DNA of 64,000 nt, taken from the NCBI GenBank assembly GCA_973851085.1, contig OZ316776.1:15500001-15564000 (forward strand), given 5' to 3'. Positions 1 to 12,078 of this stretch are shown here, in pieces. This DNA comes from Ptychomitrium polyphyllum (taxonomy: Eukaryota). Both the position numbers and the translations under genes were made by a program. The notes under the pieces were generated by a model. It worked only from the letters and a program-made list of their open reading frames with translations. It searched no databases and was not told the DNA's origin. Position 1 is the first letter of the stretch; each line of letters opens with the position of its first letter.

Positions 1-1236
1 CGAAGGCCCTAGGGGCGGCAAACTGCTGGAGTTCATATAGTCCGAGTGGAATCCTGCGCATCCTCTGTCGACATTGTCTTGATGAAAGGGAATTGTCGCC
101 GCCCCTGAGTCGGCTTGAGGGGGAATAGCTATTTTCAAAACTCGGGACGGCTCGATGCTGCTCATGGCGGGCGCCTTCGGGGTGGCTTTGCTCGCGGGTG
201 GCCTGTAAGTGGGGAACATGAACTTCGGCTCCGTGGGCGTCGTGTTGTCAACAGGACCATTGCAGCCGTTTGGAGCTGCTGTGTCGATGGACTTGCTCTT
301 GCGCTTGTTATGGTGGGCGATGCCGTCTGGGCTTAAGAGGTTTGCTGCGTCGTTGGCGCTGAGATTTTGGTTGCAAGGGGGAGTTCCTCTTATGGAATTG
401 ACGACGGCGACGAGTTGCTTGTCGCCCATGCAGATGATTACGTCCCCCAGCGTGGCGTCGACGTCGAGATCCTCTGGCTCGGAGCCGTCGCCATACGCCA
501 GCTGCAATCGCTGGACGATGTCGTCCTCCTCGATGAACTCTAGACGCCGCGCGTTACGCTGTTGCAGCCAACATGTAATTAACAGCACAGAGCACATAGT
601 GCGAGATTAGGAATAACTAATTCTCACTTTCGATTTGCAATCATCTGTTGCACTGAACTTGACCTTCAATCACTCTCTAATTTTCCTCGTATCTCTATAT
701 TCAACAAGCGTCAATCCAGGAGGAATTTTCCAGAACCAGACCCCCTTCCAACGACATCAGTACAACGGACCAACATTCCTCAAGAAGAGCAATAGATTGT
801 TGAGAGGGAGATCTCAAAAATGGATGCAATGGGTTCCACACCGGTCGTTTCATCCAACTTCACACTGTGAACATCAACTAAGCTTCTCTCTCCTCACGAA
901 CAAGCCTACACTGCAGCCAATCATACTTGGAACTTTGGTTAACAACATCTAAAACAATCAACAACCAAGACAATCTATTGGTTCCCCCAATACCTGTATC
1001 GCTGTGGCAAACTCCTGCAACGTCTCGTTGACGTGCCGCGCCGAGCTCCACTGATGCCCTCGCACAGACACCGTAAACTTCAACTTCTCTACTCCCCCTC
1101 CCCCTCCCATTCCTCCTCCCCCGTTCGCAACACTAACAACCTGTTGTACTGGCGCTGCAGGAACAGCAACAACAGGTATTGCCAGACCACCAACTACCGC
1201 TCCTCCATTGCCATCAGCACTCCCCTCCTCCCCCAT
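1..1236 (-). CDS. Unknown protein, 3' end beyond the left edge of the window; exons 1236-994 and 558-<1; possible N-terminal ubiquitin-like (beta-grasp) domain
   Basis: The ATG at 1236 opens 81 codons ending ...FATAIQ at a CAG|GTATTG donor (994/993). The acceptor CAACAG| at 559/558 continues in phase 0 into a GC-rich frame with no stop to position 1 (RNARRLEFIEEDDIVQRLQLAYGDGSEPEDLDVDATLGDVIICMGDKQLVAVV...). The fold assignment is inference from the hydrophobic pattern only. Confidence 0.75.
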
Positions 1237-4020
1237 CCCAACTAGCTGCTACAACTACCTCAACGAAGACGACGACGACGGCAATGAATTAACCGAGTTT
1301 GTCAACACCAATCAGACAAGGATGGTGATCGATCCGACCTAACACCTCTCCTGCAAGGGATGCATGTATGTCAAGAGTGCTGATCCTTCACATACCACTC
1401 GCAACACCACTTAGTATAATTGTGTGCACAATTGTGCTGTCTCGACTGGAGCGTCATGCGCCCAACTGGAGCGTGGAGCGTTTCGGAGTCGATGCATCCC
1501 AGATCATGTTACGTTGGGTTTGCATGGGCGCAGCCATCTCTCTCTGAGCTCCTGCCTTTTTGGTGGTTGGCTCTTCATGCTCCGCTCCCGCGGGCAGCCC
1601 CGGCTTACTTTCGTCCCCCTGCCCGACGGTCTCTGAAGCATGTAGGGCCCGCGTTGATGTGCGGTTGCGGGGTTGGTGATTGGATACGAGAATCTCGGCC
1701 CTTCATAGATGCAAGGGAGGAGGTATTGGGGAGCGGGCTGTGTAACCGAATTTCGGGAGGTTCCACGGTTCGTCTTCCCAAAGGTGGGAGCGGCAAGGGC
1801 ACCTTGGGACGCCATTTGGTTGGGGTCTGGGTTAACAACTGCAGTTAATGGGTCAGTTAACTCTTCATGGTGTAAGTTCGTCACGAACTTACTTAGTGCG
1901 ATTGCTCCGGTACTTTCCAGTACTCTCCACCCAGTTCTGTAGCTTCAGGTTCACCATCAGTTTGTTTGTTTTTCACAGGTGTTTCCAAAGGTAGAGGGGG
2001 AGGCACCTCATCCTGACGCAATCTGGGAGGGGCCTCAGGGCAAATAATTGATTGTGGTGGGTCCACCTCTCACAAGGCACCCATGCTAATGTATCTGACC
2101 TGGGGGTGTGTGGGGTCTATTTTGAGACCCCACCGCTTCAATATGCAATGTAACTCACGAGGCATACTTTGAAGATTTTGCAAATAATAGTTCTCATGAA
2201 ACTATGGAAGAACATACAGTACGAAGTGCGGACAAAACACACAATATGATTGTGCAAATACACGGAGAGATTCATTACTGTTGCCATCAAGCGTATCATG
2301 GATATCCAAATTTTCATCCAAAATCCATAATATAAAAACCTTCATTTAATTCATTTTAAATTTTTGTGCATAGTGAAAATATGGATTCAAATAAATTTTA
2401 TATAAAGTGTTTTATGTAATATTTATATTTATGCTAATCTATAACTTCCACATTAAAATTTTATAGTTTTTAAAACATAGATTTCAAGAAAGCATAATTA
2501 AGTAAGCAAAATCTAAACTGAATGGAAAATTAAAAAACCTCAAACTTTGGGTTTCATTCAAAGATTATTATAATATCCCTCTTTTGGTAGGACTTACTGT
2601 AGCAATAGTGATTGTAGTAAAATCATTCGAAATTTTAGTAAATTCGCAATATTAAAGTCAAAGTTTACGGCATTAAAAAGCTAATCTCCACATAACATCA
2701 CATAACGGGATACAAACAAAGCAGGTCAAATTCTGAAGTCTTAGTACGAACAGCAACAACTCAGTGAAAGCAAAAGTTTAGGCGTGTCGGAGATATACTT
2801 CGAAACATCATATCTTCGGAAGGAAGACTTCATAATCTACACTGCGGACTAGAGGAGGAAGAGCTAGACCGAGAAAGTATAAATTACAAAAGAAAAGTCT
2901 GTGATAAGGAAAGCCAGAAACTGGCCTAAGCTGAAAATGCGACACGTAGCGCTTGGGCCGCATCGACGCAGGAATCTCCGCGAGAACACCACCACAAAGG
3001 CGTCAACCAAGGCACCAAGAAAGTGACGAAGCGAACGGTGAGGATCGAGGCCGCAAGATGTACGTGATTGGCAGGATTTCTAGTCTCCTTAATGACTGTA
3101 CAACTTACTAGTAAGTTCGAAGAATCTCTGACCTTGGCTTTGGAGTGTGAAGCTCATGTGGGTGGGATGGTGATCTACAGCCGAGCGCTGATATCAGAGG
3201 TTGTCTTGTATGTTGCGCCCACAATCTCTCTTTTTTTCTTGATGCTCCTCTTCGTTCGGTGGAACTCAAATCTTCGTTTTCTGCTTGAGTGTTGGCCCTC
3301 AGTGTGTTGTTCCTTTCTGCCCCTTTTTGCTGGTGAGTCTCCTTGTCTCATATCTCTAAGTTTTCTCACATGTATCTAAGTTTTCGGGTAAGTTAAGCAT
3401 CATCAACCGGAATCAAGCAATCTTCCAAGCTCAAACTTTTCTCTAGTGCATGCCAGGGTGGGTGGGTAGGTGGCCAGTCAGGGAGGCAGCAGTTTGAGTG
3501 GTTCTGTGTTTCTGTGGCAGAGCGAGTGTGGGTTTTTGCATGTGAGTCCTTTTGTGGTCACGTGAGAGTTCACCTGGAGTGTGGGAGTGGTATCGAGGTC
3601 ATCTTGGGGGATGGAGCTTAGTTTATGGGGTTTGTTTGAAGGAGAGAGTGAGGGGAAGCTTGAGTCTGGTTAAGAACCTGGTAGGAGTGATGGTGGGTTT
3701 TTGTGTAGCCGGGTAAAGTTAAGTTCTTGGTGTAGCGTTTGAAGCCGAGCTCGTTCCTGCAGTTGGGGTTTTCTGGCGGCGGGAGCGATGTTTTGTTGCT
3801 TGAGAGTTTTTCTTGGTTAGGGTAGGAGGGTTGGAGTTCGAGAGAGTGAGGGTTTTGGTTTGGGGTTGCAGATGGCACGCCGTTGTAGCAATGTCGTTGT
3901 TGGAAAGCGTCGCAACTGGTTGCTTGGCGGGAGCATCGGTAGAGGGGTTTCGAGGGTTAGGTTAAAAGTCTGCGATTATGCTGATAGTGGACCAGTTCTT
4001 CTTGTGGGGGCAGACAGATC

Positions 4021-6788
4021 ATGGCGGCAAAAGTCATCTTTGTGGATCAGAACGATGAGAAACAGACCTTTAAAGTGAACCTCTTCGGACCAGAGAAGAA
4101 TCGCGTCAAAGTGGCCAATGTGCTTGCAGTTTTCAAGTCCTCTGTGGCTATCATGGGAGACGGAAGCATTATGGAAGCCGACGACGACGGTTTAAGCATG
4201 GACACTTTCGTTGCAGGAGGCACCTACAATCTCTCTCTCTTGCCTCAAGGTTTTTGTTCTTCTGCCTGTGCTTATCTATGTTCCTTAGCCAGACAACATT
4301 TTGCGCAGGTTTGGATAGATTAGGTTTGTACTTCCGCTTGCTATAATAAGAAACTCTGAACTTGCGCTTTCTTAGCAATACTGGTTTCCTTCACCTAAAT
4401 GCTATGCTCTTGTGTAGAAAGGAATCTTTCTATGCGTAAGGTGGGTGGGACAGCATAATGACGACTATTCTTGAGGAGTATGCAGTGCTACTGTCTTATT
4501 AAGTTCTAGGGTTCTCAGTATATGGACTCATTCCTGTTGTGACACTACATTGTTGCTCATAGATTTAGTGCATTCCGGTAGGCTGTAAGCAACTGTTATA
4601 AAACCTGTCCAAATTGATTAATTAGGACCATTTGAACTAGCTCTGATGGATCGCGTTGCCAGTTTTCAATTCTTGTCTACATATTCTGAGTGCTTTTTTT
4701 TACACGTAACGCACTTTAACGTTATTGTCAGTCCTAATCTACATAACCCACCTGCAGACTTATTCACAGTACCTCGTGTATGTAGAAGATCCAGGCAGAG
4801 AACGATGTGATAGTTTTGTACCTCGAAGACATTCTGGTGTCAAATGTTTTCAATCCATGAGCAGTTTTTTGACTTGCCCTTGTGTTTGCAGAGACACAAC
4901 CTTTACCTGGAGCGTCTGAAGAATCGCCTGTTATGATGCCGTCATTGCCAAATTGGGGAACGACCACTGGAGGTAAAGCAGCCTTGCCTTCTCATTATCC
5001 TCTCAAGGATGAGTGTCGAGTGGTGCAGGATAGATAGCTTTTGTTCTAGAAGTTGTGGAATTTCTCTGAAAGATTTTTTTGGCCTAGTCTGTGCATCAAA
5101 TTCTTGTCACTGGTTTTCCAGAGTGATGTATACGTTTTATAACGGTTTCTCTGTTTGGCAATTAGTTTTTTTTTGTTTGAAGAAAAATGGAAGGGAATAA
5201 AGAGATGTGCATTTTAGAGTCTGACAGAGAGTTCCTGCTTTTTGTAACCAAGTTTTGACTACTTCGCAGAGGTGCGGCCAGTTGAAAATCAGAACATAAA
5301 CACGGCAAAGGAGAAGTCCTTGCCCAAGGGATTGAAAAGGGATTTTCGAGGGCTTCCTATTATTGTATCTGATCAGGGATGTCTAGATACAGTGCAGCCC
5401 TCGTCATCTGATGTTGGTAAGCTCTATTTTTTTACTGAGGTTCATCTGTGTCTATCACAACGTACTATTATATCTGTATATCTCTACAGATGTAAACGAG
5501 TTTTAATAGGATTCCCAGGAATTTGAGAGTTGAAGGCTGTTCATATATTTGCAGAAACTTTGGTACAACTATCTAACTGAATTTGAATATGAAGTTAGAA
5601 GGAAAGTTCGAGCTCAGACTTCTCTTATGCTTGTGCACAGAAACCATACAAGCGTCTCAACAAATCGTAGAGCATCAACCCCACGAAGTAGGTGATCTTG
5701 TAGGATTTCTTCAAGGCTCTTCAGGACAAGGTACTGATTCATTCGAGTTATAGGGAGTGCAGTTCTTATGTGTATCACCGGTGTCACTGGTTGATAATTA
5801 TGGTGGAGGTGATTGTTTTTACAAGAAATTTTGTGTGAGTGTTTTTCTTTTCCAAATTGACGATTGATGGTTTCTTCTCGTTCTTAGAACTGCAATTGTC
5901 GAAAGATGATGGGGGTTCCCCTCATGATGAAGAAAGTGAAGAAGATGCTGTTGGAAGCACCCCATGTATTGACAATGGAAAAGCTTCAAGAGGACATACT
6001 AGATGTGTCAAGTGTGGGCATAGCAAAAATCCCTCGGCCAAGCTTCAATGCACCCATTGTGGTGCGTACTTGCGAGACCAGACCAAAGCTCGAGTTGCCC
6101 AACGATGGGCCATGCTCAAGGAGAAAGCAAAAAGAGAAGGTCGTCTGGGAGACAAGGTATAGGCATTGATTTCAGGAAAATTCAGAAATCATCTGAACAA
6201 TCCTTTATATATCAATTTTCCTTTATTTAAACCTTTATCTACGTGGAACCAGATTTGAATAGACCGTGCATGCCGCAAGGTAGGAAGTTAATATTGTTCA
6301 TCAGCTTCATGTTGTCTAGCAGAAGACCAAGTCAAGTTTCCTTTTGATTTCTTCTGTTTCAAGGATGATATCCCTGTTAACTAGTATCAGTAATGAAGCA
6401 TAGTACACCACTGACGGTTAACAATCATACTGTACATGTTTGCTTGAGTAGAAGGATGTTCTAATAAGCCGTACATTTTGTAACAAAATCATTCCTGTTG
6501 CAGGCTTGGCAGAGGAGAAAGAAATATGCATTTGACAAGCTCACAGATCTTACACTGCTTGACCTGGAAAATACGTACTTTGCATTGTTCATGTCCCGCC
6601 GCAATCGGGAAGGGGATAAGTTTTCATATGATGGATGGTATTCAGAAGGTGCTGGGAAGGAGTTTGTGACAACTGGAGATGTTGAGGCTATCTGGAAGAG
6701 CTTTGTTAAAAAGCATCACAAGCGAAAGTTGGTCCCAACGATTGAATATGACGTGGTAGGCGGAGAGCTTCAGGCAGGTCCTGGTTAG
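4021..6788 (+). CDS. Unknown ~366-aa protein with a compact N-terminal domain, low-complexity linker, C4 zinc ribbon and C-terminal alpha/beta domain; exons 4021-4249, 4892-4972, 5270-5416, 5641-5730, 5888-6156, 6504-6788
   Basis: All introns are GT-AG and the joined frame is open: MAAKVIFVDQ...LSLLPQ/ETQPLPG.../EVRPVENQ.../ETIQASQQ.../ELQLSKDD...RGHTRCVKCGHSKNPSAKLQCTHCGAYL...GDK/AWQRRKKY...AGPG*. The CxxC-x10-CxxC motif is seen directly. Confidence 0.75.
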
Positions 6789-7607
6789 GTCAGAGCTTGA
6801 TTTATTGTTTTTTTCTCTTGCTTCACTGTGCAGGGTGGAGATATTTTTTAGCGTTGAACAAACCTAACTTGAACGAATGAGTTTGTGACAGTCTTCTGCA
6901 GTATACATCTCCTCACAGAATGGTTTTAGCACGGACATGGAGGTGTGCTAGTTCTTCCTCAGAGGATAGACTCGGACTTGCTATTTACTTGGTTTGCCCA
7001 CGACTTATCAGTTCAAGGGAGTACGGGTGTTGAAGCAAAAGCTTCCTAGTGTGCTTACTGCATCAGGAGCACCTACTGAGCTGTATGTATCATGGTGGGA
7101 TGCTCATTGTTCTATCCTTTACAGCACATAGCACTTTGCTCAGTTGTTGAAGATTTGTAGGGCGCACATCTTTGTTCATCGTTAGCTTTTCATTCTTCAA
7201 ATTGCTCTTCTATACATGGTATCACCTCACTTAGTGTAACTAGCGACTTTAGGGATTTGCAGTCTTCAATATTTGCAAGTCCAGGTCTTTATGATCCGTA
7301 CTTGAAAAATGCAATGAACATGATTTGGATTTCCTTGTTTTTAATGAATTGTGGGGATCTTATTGGCCATTGTCATAAAAAATTTATTCTGAATAAGACC
7401 ATTCTTTACCGAAACAAAGTTACATTTTAAATCATCTGGAGCTAGTGTAGGCAAGGAGTAAGATAATTTTCTTTATTGTGGTTCAAGTGCAATATTTTCT
7501 GATTGCTGAATGTCGCTTTTCCTCATAATTTAGTGTTCTTTACGGCCAAATTCAGGCTTCACGAAAGTTTACCGTTTTCTTTTCGGCAGTGTAAATCTTG
7601 TGTACCC

Positions 7608-7670
7608 TGAGTGTTGAATATTTGCCTTGTTTGGCCATACGAGTGTTGAATGTTTGCCTTGTTAGGCCAT
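7608..7670. repeat. Two-copy ~33-bp tandem duplication
   Basis: gagtgttgaatatttgccttgtttggccat followed by gagtgttgaatgtttgccttgttaggccat. Confidence 0.8.
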
Positions 7671-10600
7671 CGTTGTCAACCGATTACATAGGTCAATATC
7701 ATAATGGAATTGAAACCACACGTTTGCAAACTCTTATTTAATATTCCTGCTTAATGGAATACTTCCCATCATTTCCATTAAGCGGGAATACTAAATGAGA
7801 GTTTACAACTATGTCTTGAGTCCCTAAAAAAACCAACCTTGTCATTTTCAATCTTTTCACAAACAAAGTGATATTGAATTTAAACATGCTTAGAATGAAT
7901 ATGGAATGTAGAATTTTTTGAAAGGAAAATGGAAGTTTGATTATCATTGACTTACATTATTTAATATTTTATGGAAAAATGTACTCTTTTCAACTTATGG
8001 ACTATTATACATTTAAAAATCTACATTATTTTAGACCTTAAGTTTGTTTACTTTAGGTTCCCTTCATTGAGCACTATATTGATTTAATAATTTATATCAT
8101 ATAACAAAAAGTAATAATGTATATTAATAATATTAATTTATTAGAATCTTTAAATAATAGTGAGTAGGAATATTATAGCAAAAATATGACTATTTTCAAA
8201 AAAATTAAAATTAAAATTTATATTCTAAAATCAAAAGTTTTTAATTACATTTCATTCTTTAATAAAAAGACAACTTACAATTATAGTTCTAAAACTCTAG
8301 AAACCTTTGAATATGTGACATATTAAATATAAAGAAGAATCACTCTTTAATAAAAAATTTCATTACATAAATTCAAACTTCTTTGTTTACCATGGTTGGA
8401 GAAGTTAATCACTTTCATTTTGATGTATATGTTTCTTAAATTGGTATTTCCAATGACTTCGTTTATATCAAAGTGTTTGTGTTGACCCTTCCAAATCATG
8501 GTGTATATGAAATAAAACATAAATAAAACATCATGATTTTAATGTGTATAAAGCCTAGCAAATTCTCAAAGTTAGCAATATAACATAATTGCAACAACTT
8601 TGTTTTGTTTGATGTCATTTTGTAATATAGATGAATGGTAATGACTCCTTTACTAAAGCAACATGGCTTATTGTATTTGAACTTCAAATTTGCACAACTT
8701 GGACAAATAAATTACTACTCTAATGAATTTTATTGCCCAGCGACTTTCCACCAATAGTGCAATTATATATACTAAATCAATTTAACAATCTATAATCCAT
8801 TTTGCCTAAAGTATTGTAAATAAACTACCTTTCATCACCTTTGCATATATGTTTTATTAATAAAGAGCATCAATGTCATTTTAGGTTTATATACTTAATA
8901 TAAAAAAGAAACCTTATAGTCCCTATGTCCCATCTAGATGTTTGTCTATCGTTTTGTACATATCAAAATGTACAAACTTAGATGTACTTATGTTTGGATA
9001 GATGGATAAGTATATATGGGTACAAAAACCTATGTTGAAGGCTTTTGGTACAATAGTCACCTTATTTGTTTACATTTGGCCACTAATATTATTCTAAATC
9101 TAAATTCAGAAGTAACTTTATTATTTTGTGAATTTTTTGGTCTATATTTGTTGTTATTTTAAATATATGATTGATTGGATACTAATATAATGCATATATT
9201 AGATTGAAAATTGATCATTGGATAAGGATTGGAAAATTCAAATGAATTATAGAAAACCTACTACAAGTTAAGGCAAGCCATCAAGGGAGATACCTTGAGG
9301 CCTTCCTCAATGATTTCTCATTGATTGGAAGGCATGAAGTTATGAAGATTTAGGAGTAAAAAAAAGAATATTGATGCATTCAAGTTTTGACATTTTAATA
9401 TTGAACGTTGTGGCATATTTGAGTTAGAGTGAAATTTAAGGATGTAAGAAAGTCTTTGAAAGTTTGTAATTGTTGAGGTGACTATTGATAAAGAAAGAAA
9501 TGCACAAAGTGCAAAATTTGAATTTTTTAATTTAATTATAAATTTTATAAGTTCAAATTAAAATTTTGAACTAAAATAAACAATTGAAGGAACTTTTTAT
9601 ACAACATGTTAAATTCTAAGTTTTTCATGAGGTTATTTAGTGAAGTGTTTTAAAATAAATCTAGTTTTTATTAAAGAAAAAGGTAATAAAATATTGAAGT
9701 GAAAGGAATTTTAAAACTATGGAAGTTAAGTAAATGATTGTTTGATTCTTGGTGGTTAGTACTAATTTTTTAAACCAAATTAAGGGAAAAATTAGAAATC
9801 AATTAATGCACTAAGGATTTAATATATGGTTTTAGAAAATCTTTGAATAACTTAGACAAATGATTTAATGATAGATATATATATATATCAGAGACATCTT
9901 TTTGTAGCCAAAGAAATATTACAGCAAGAAGCTTCTTGCTTTTTAATATTCTAATGTAAGTTGGTTAGTGGTTAAATTATAGGCAATTGTATACTGTCTT
10001 GTTATTTTAAGTATGCAAATAAACTGATGTTCATATGTTGTTAATTTCATTTACGTACTAAATTGTGTTGGTAAAAATAATTTAATGAGAGTAGATGAAG
10101 GATTAAGTGGAAAATCAAAAGAAGAACTCATGGATCAAATAATGGTGGCTTACCAAGTAGAAAGATGGTGGTAATTTTCTTGTGATCTTTTTTATAGATT
10201 TCCTATTGGTTAAAGTAATAAAAAGGGATAAAAATATAAAAAAATAGGAGGAAGGATATTGGAGCATTTAAATTGACATTAACATTGAGACATTCTAATG
10301 TTAGATATTGTTGGATGTTAAATTCAATGTAGAATCTGTGAATATGGGGGTTAGTTTGGAAAAATAAGAAGATGCACAAAATACAAAAGTGATATTTTAC
10401 TTTGATTATGAAAATTGAAGAGTTTGAATTAAAAATTTTGAATCATTATAAGTGATTGAAAAGGCATTCAATACAGTACTTTGAATATAACATTTTGATG
10501 AGATATTCTAAAAGTTAGCAAAATTTAAACATTTATTTTATATTCAAGGAAAAATAAAAATGCATTGAAGTGGAAGGAATCTAGAAATTCTGGCAACTAA

Positions 10601-11650
10601 GTAAAAGAATACTTAATGATTTAAAAAAGCTCAATACATGATTTTCAAAGGGATATTTGAATAAGTTAGAAGGTTGATGAAGTGATATATACATCTTCTA
10701 GACATTTAGTATAAAAAATATCATTGCAAAAAACTTTGTATTTTCCCAACTACAAATCTTTTATAACAACGCAAACTTCATAAATTTCATAAATTGAAAG
10801 TCACAATACCAGGTACAAGAATATGTATTGGAAAGTACAAGGATTTGAAAAAAGATGGAATAAAAATTACTTAATTGCCCAAGGTCAGTGCTAACCAGCT
10901 TTAAAGCAAAATCGTTTGCAATTTAAAAAAAAGATTCAATGTGGTTGAGGACAGCAAAGTTTGATCACTGCCCTTTTTGGGAGAACTTGTTCAAGATGTT
11001 GTCTTCTTCCTTGAAGTCACTCTTGGAATGGACTTTGAAGAGATTTTTGAAGTACTGAGTGTCCACTTTATAGGAGTAGCAGCACCAAAGGAGGTACACA
11101 ACAATGCAAATAGAAATTGTTGTTGAGCATTAGGTGGCACTGGCAGGAGGAGGAAAGCAATTGGAAGATAGGATGTGTTGGTTTTATGGATAGTATTTGC
11201 CATTAGTCATAGATTTTGGAAAGAAAATATAAAGAATATAAGTGTCTTACACTATGGAAAGTATCAAAATGGGATACACTATTATATATAGAATATTTCT
11301 TTTGTCTAGCCATCCAATATTAAATTATTGCAACAATGTTGCAAAATTTGTCACTTTGAAAAGGCAAGAAAAACACCAAGTTTCAAGGATGTGTTTGACT
11401 TTCTTGATGCTTAGGATTGCAGTATGAATAAAAAGATCATTAAATATGTGAATCTTGCAAAAAGTGGGGTAGATCTAATAAATATGCTTGCATTTAAACT
11501 ATAAATTTTTTATTTGTTGATTTTTACTTGCATCGCTTTGAAATTTGGACTAAAGCACTTCAAGAATATGCTATTGGTTATACATTAGTATTTGGTGTTG
11601 AGGAACTTTTGCATAACGGTTAAGTGATGCAATTAATTTTAACTATGGAA

Positions 11651-12078
11651 TTATTCGGAATACAAGAAATAGGAAAGTAGACAAGAAATAGGAAAGTAGA
11701 CAAGAAATGGTTTTAAGAATTGACCTCCAAGGGGATATTTGTTAATAAAAATTGATGTAAAAATTAAAAAGAAGACAAAATTATAGATATACTTTATAAC
11801 TTGTATTGGCAAGACTAAGTTTTGTTTGAAATTGCCTTTAGTTTATACCATGAAGTCCATGTTTTCTAAGATACTTCTAGAAAGCTTCTTACAAAGCTAA
11901 AAAAATGTTTTTGAGGTCTATTGAACCTTCTTAAGAAATATTTATTGGAAGGTAGAAGGTTATGGAATCTAATAGAAGGTTTTCAGAAACTATTTGAAGC
12001 TATTGGAAGCTACTAGAAGCTATTAAAACTTAATAGAAAGTTCTTGAAGAGTACATTTTGTGATGTACATTTGTTACA
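11651..12078 (-). mobile_element. Highly degraded LTR related to the chromovirus LTR family
   Basis: The minus strand begins TGTAACAAATGTACATCA, retains TAGTCTTGCCAATACAAG (core at 11806-11817) and has a U5-like end. The left boundary is approximate. Confidence 0.65.

Noticed and set aside
115..952. Plus-strand ORFs of 73, 133 and 105 aa
   Set aside because: They are antisense shadows of the minus-strand exon 2 and its intron.
1420..1942. Overlapping ORFs of 70-142 aa on both strands
   Set aside because: No recognisable motifs or consistent splice sites; this is more likely GC-rich promoter or UTR sequence.
6253..6279. Possible micro-exon before a CAAG|GTAGGA donor in gene 2
   Set aside because: The nearby acceptors give an immediate stop or the wrong phase, and the frame closes without it. 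It could still be a poison exon.
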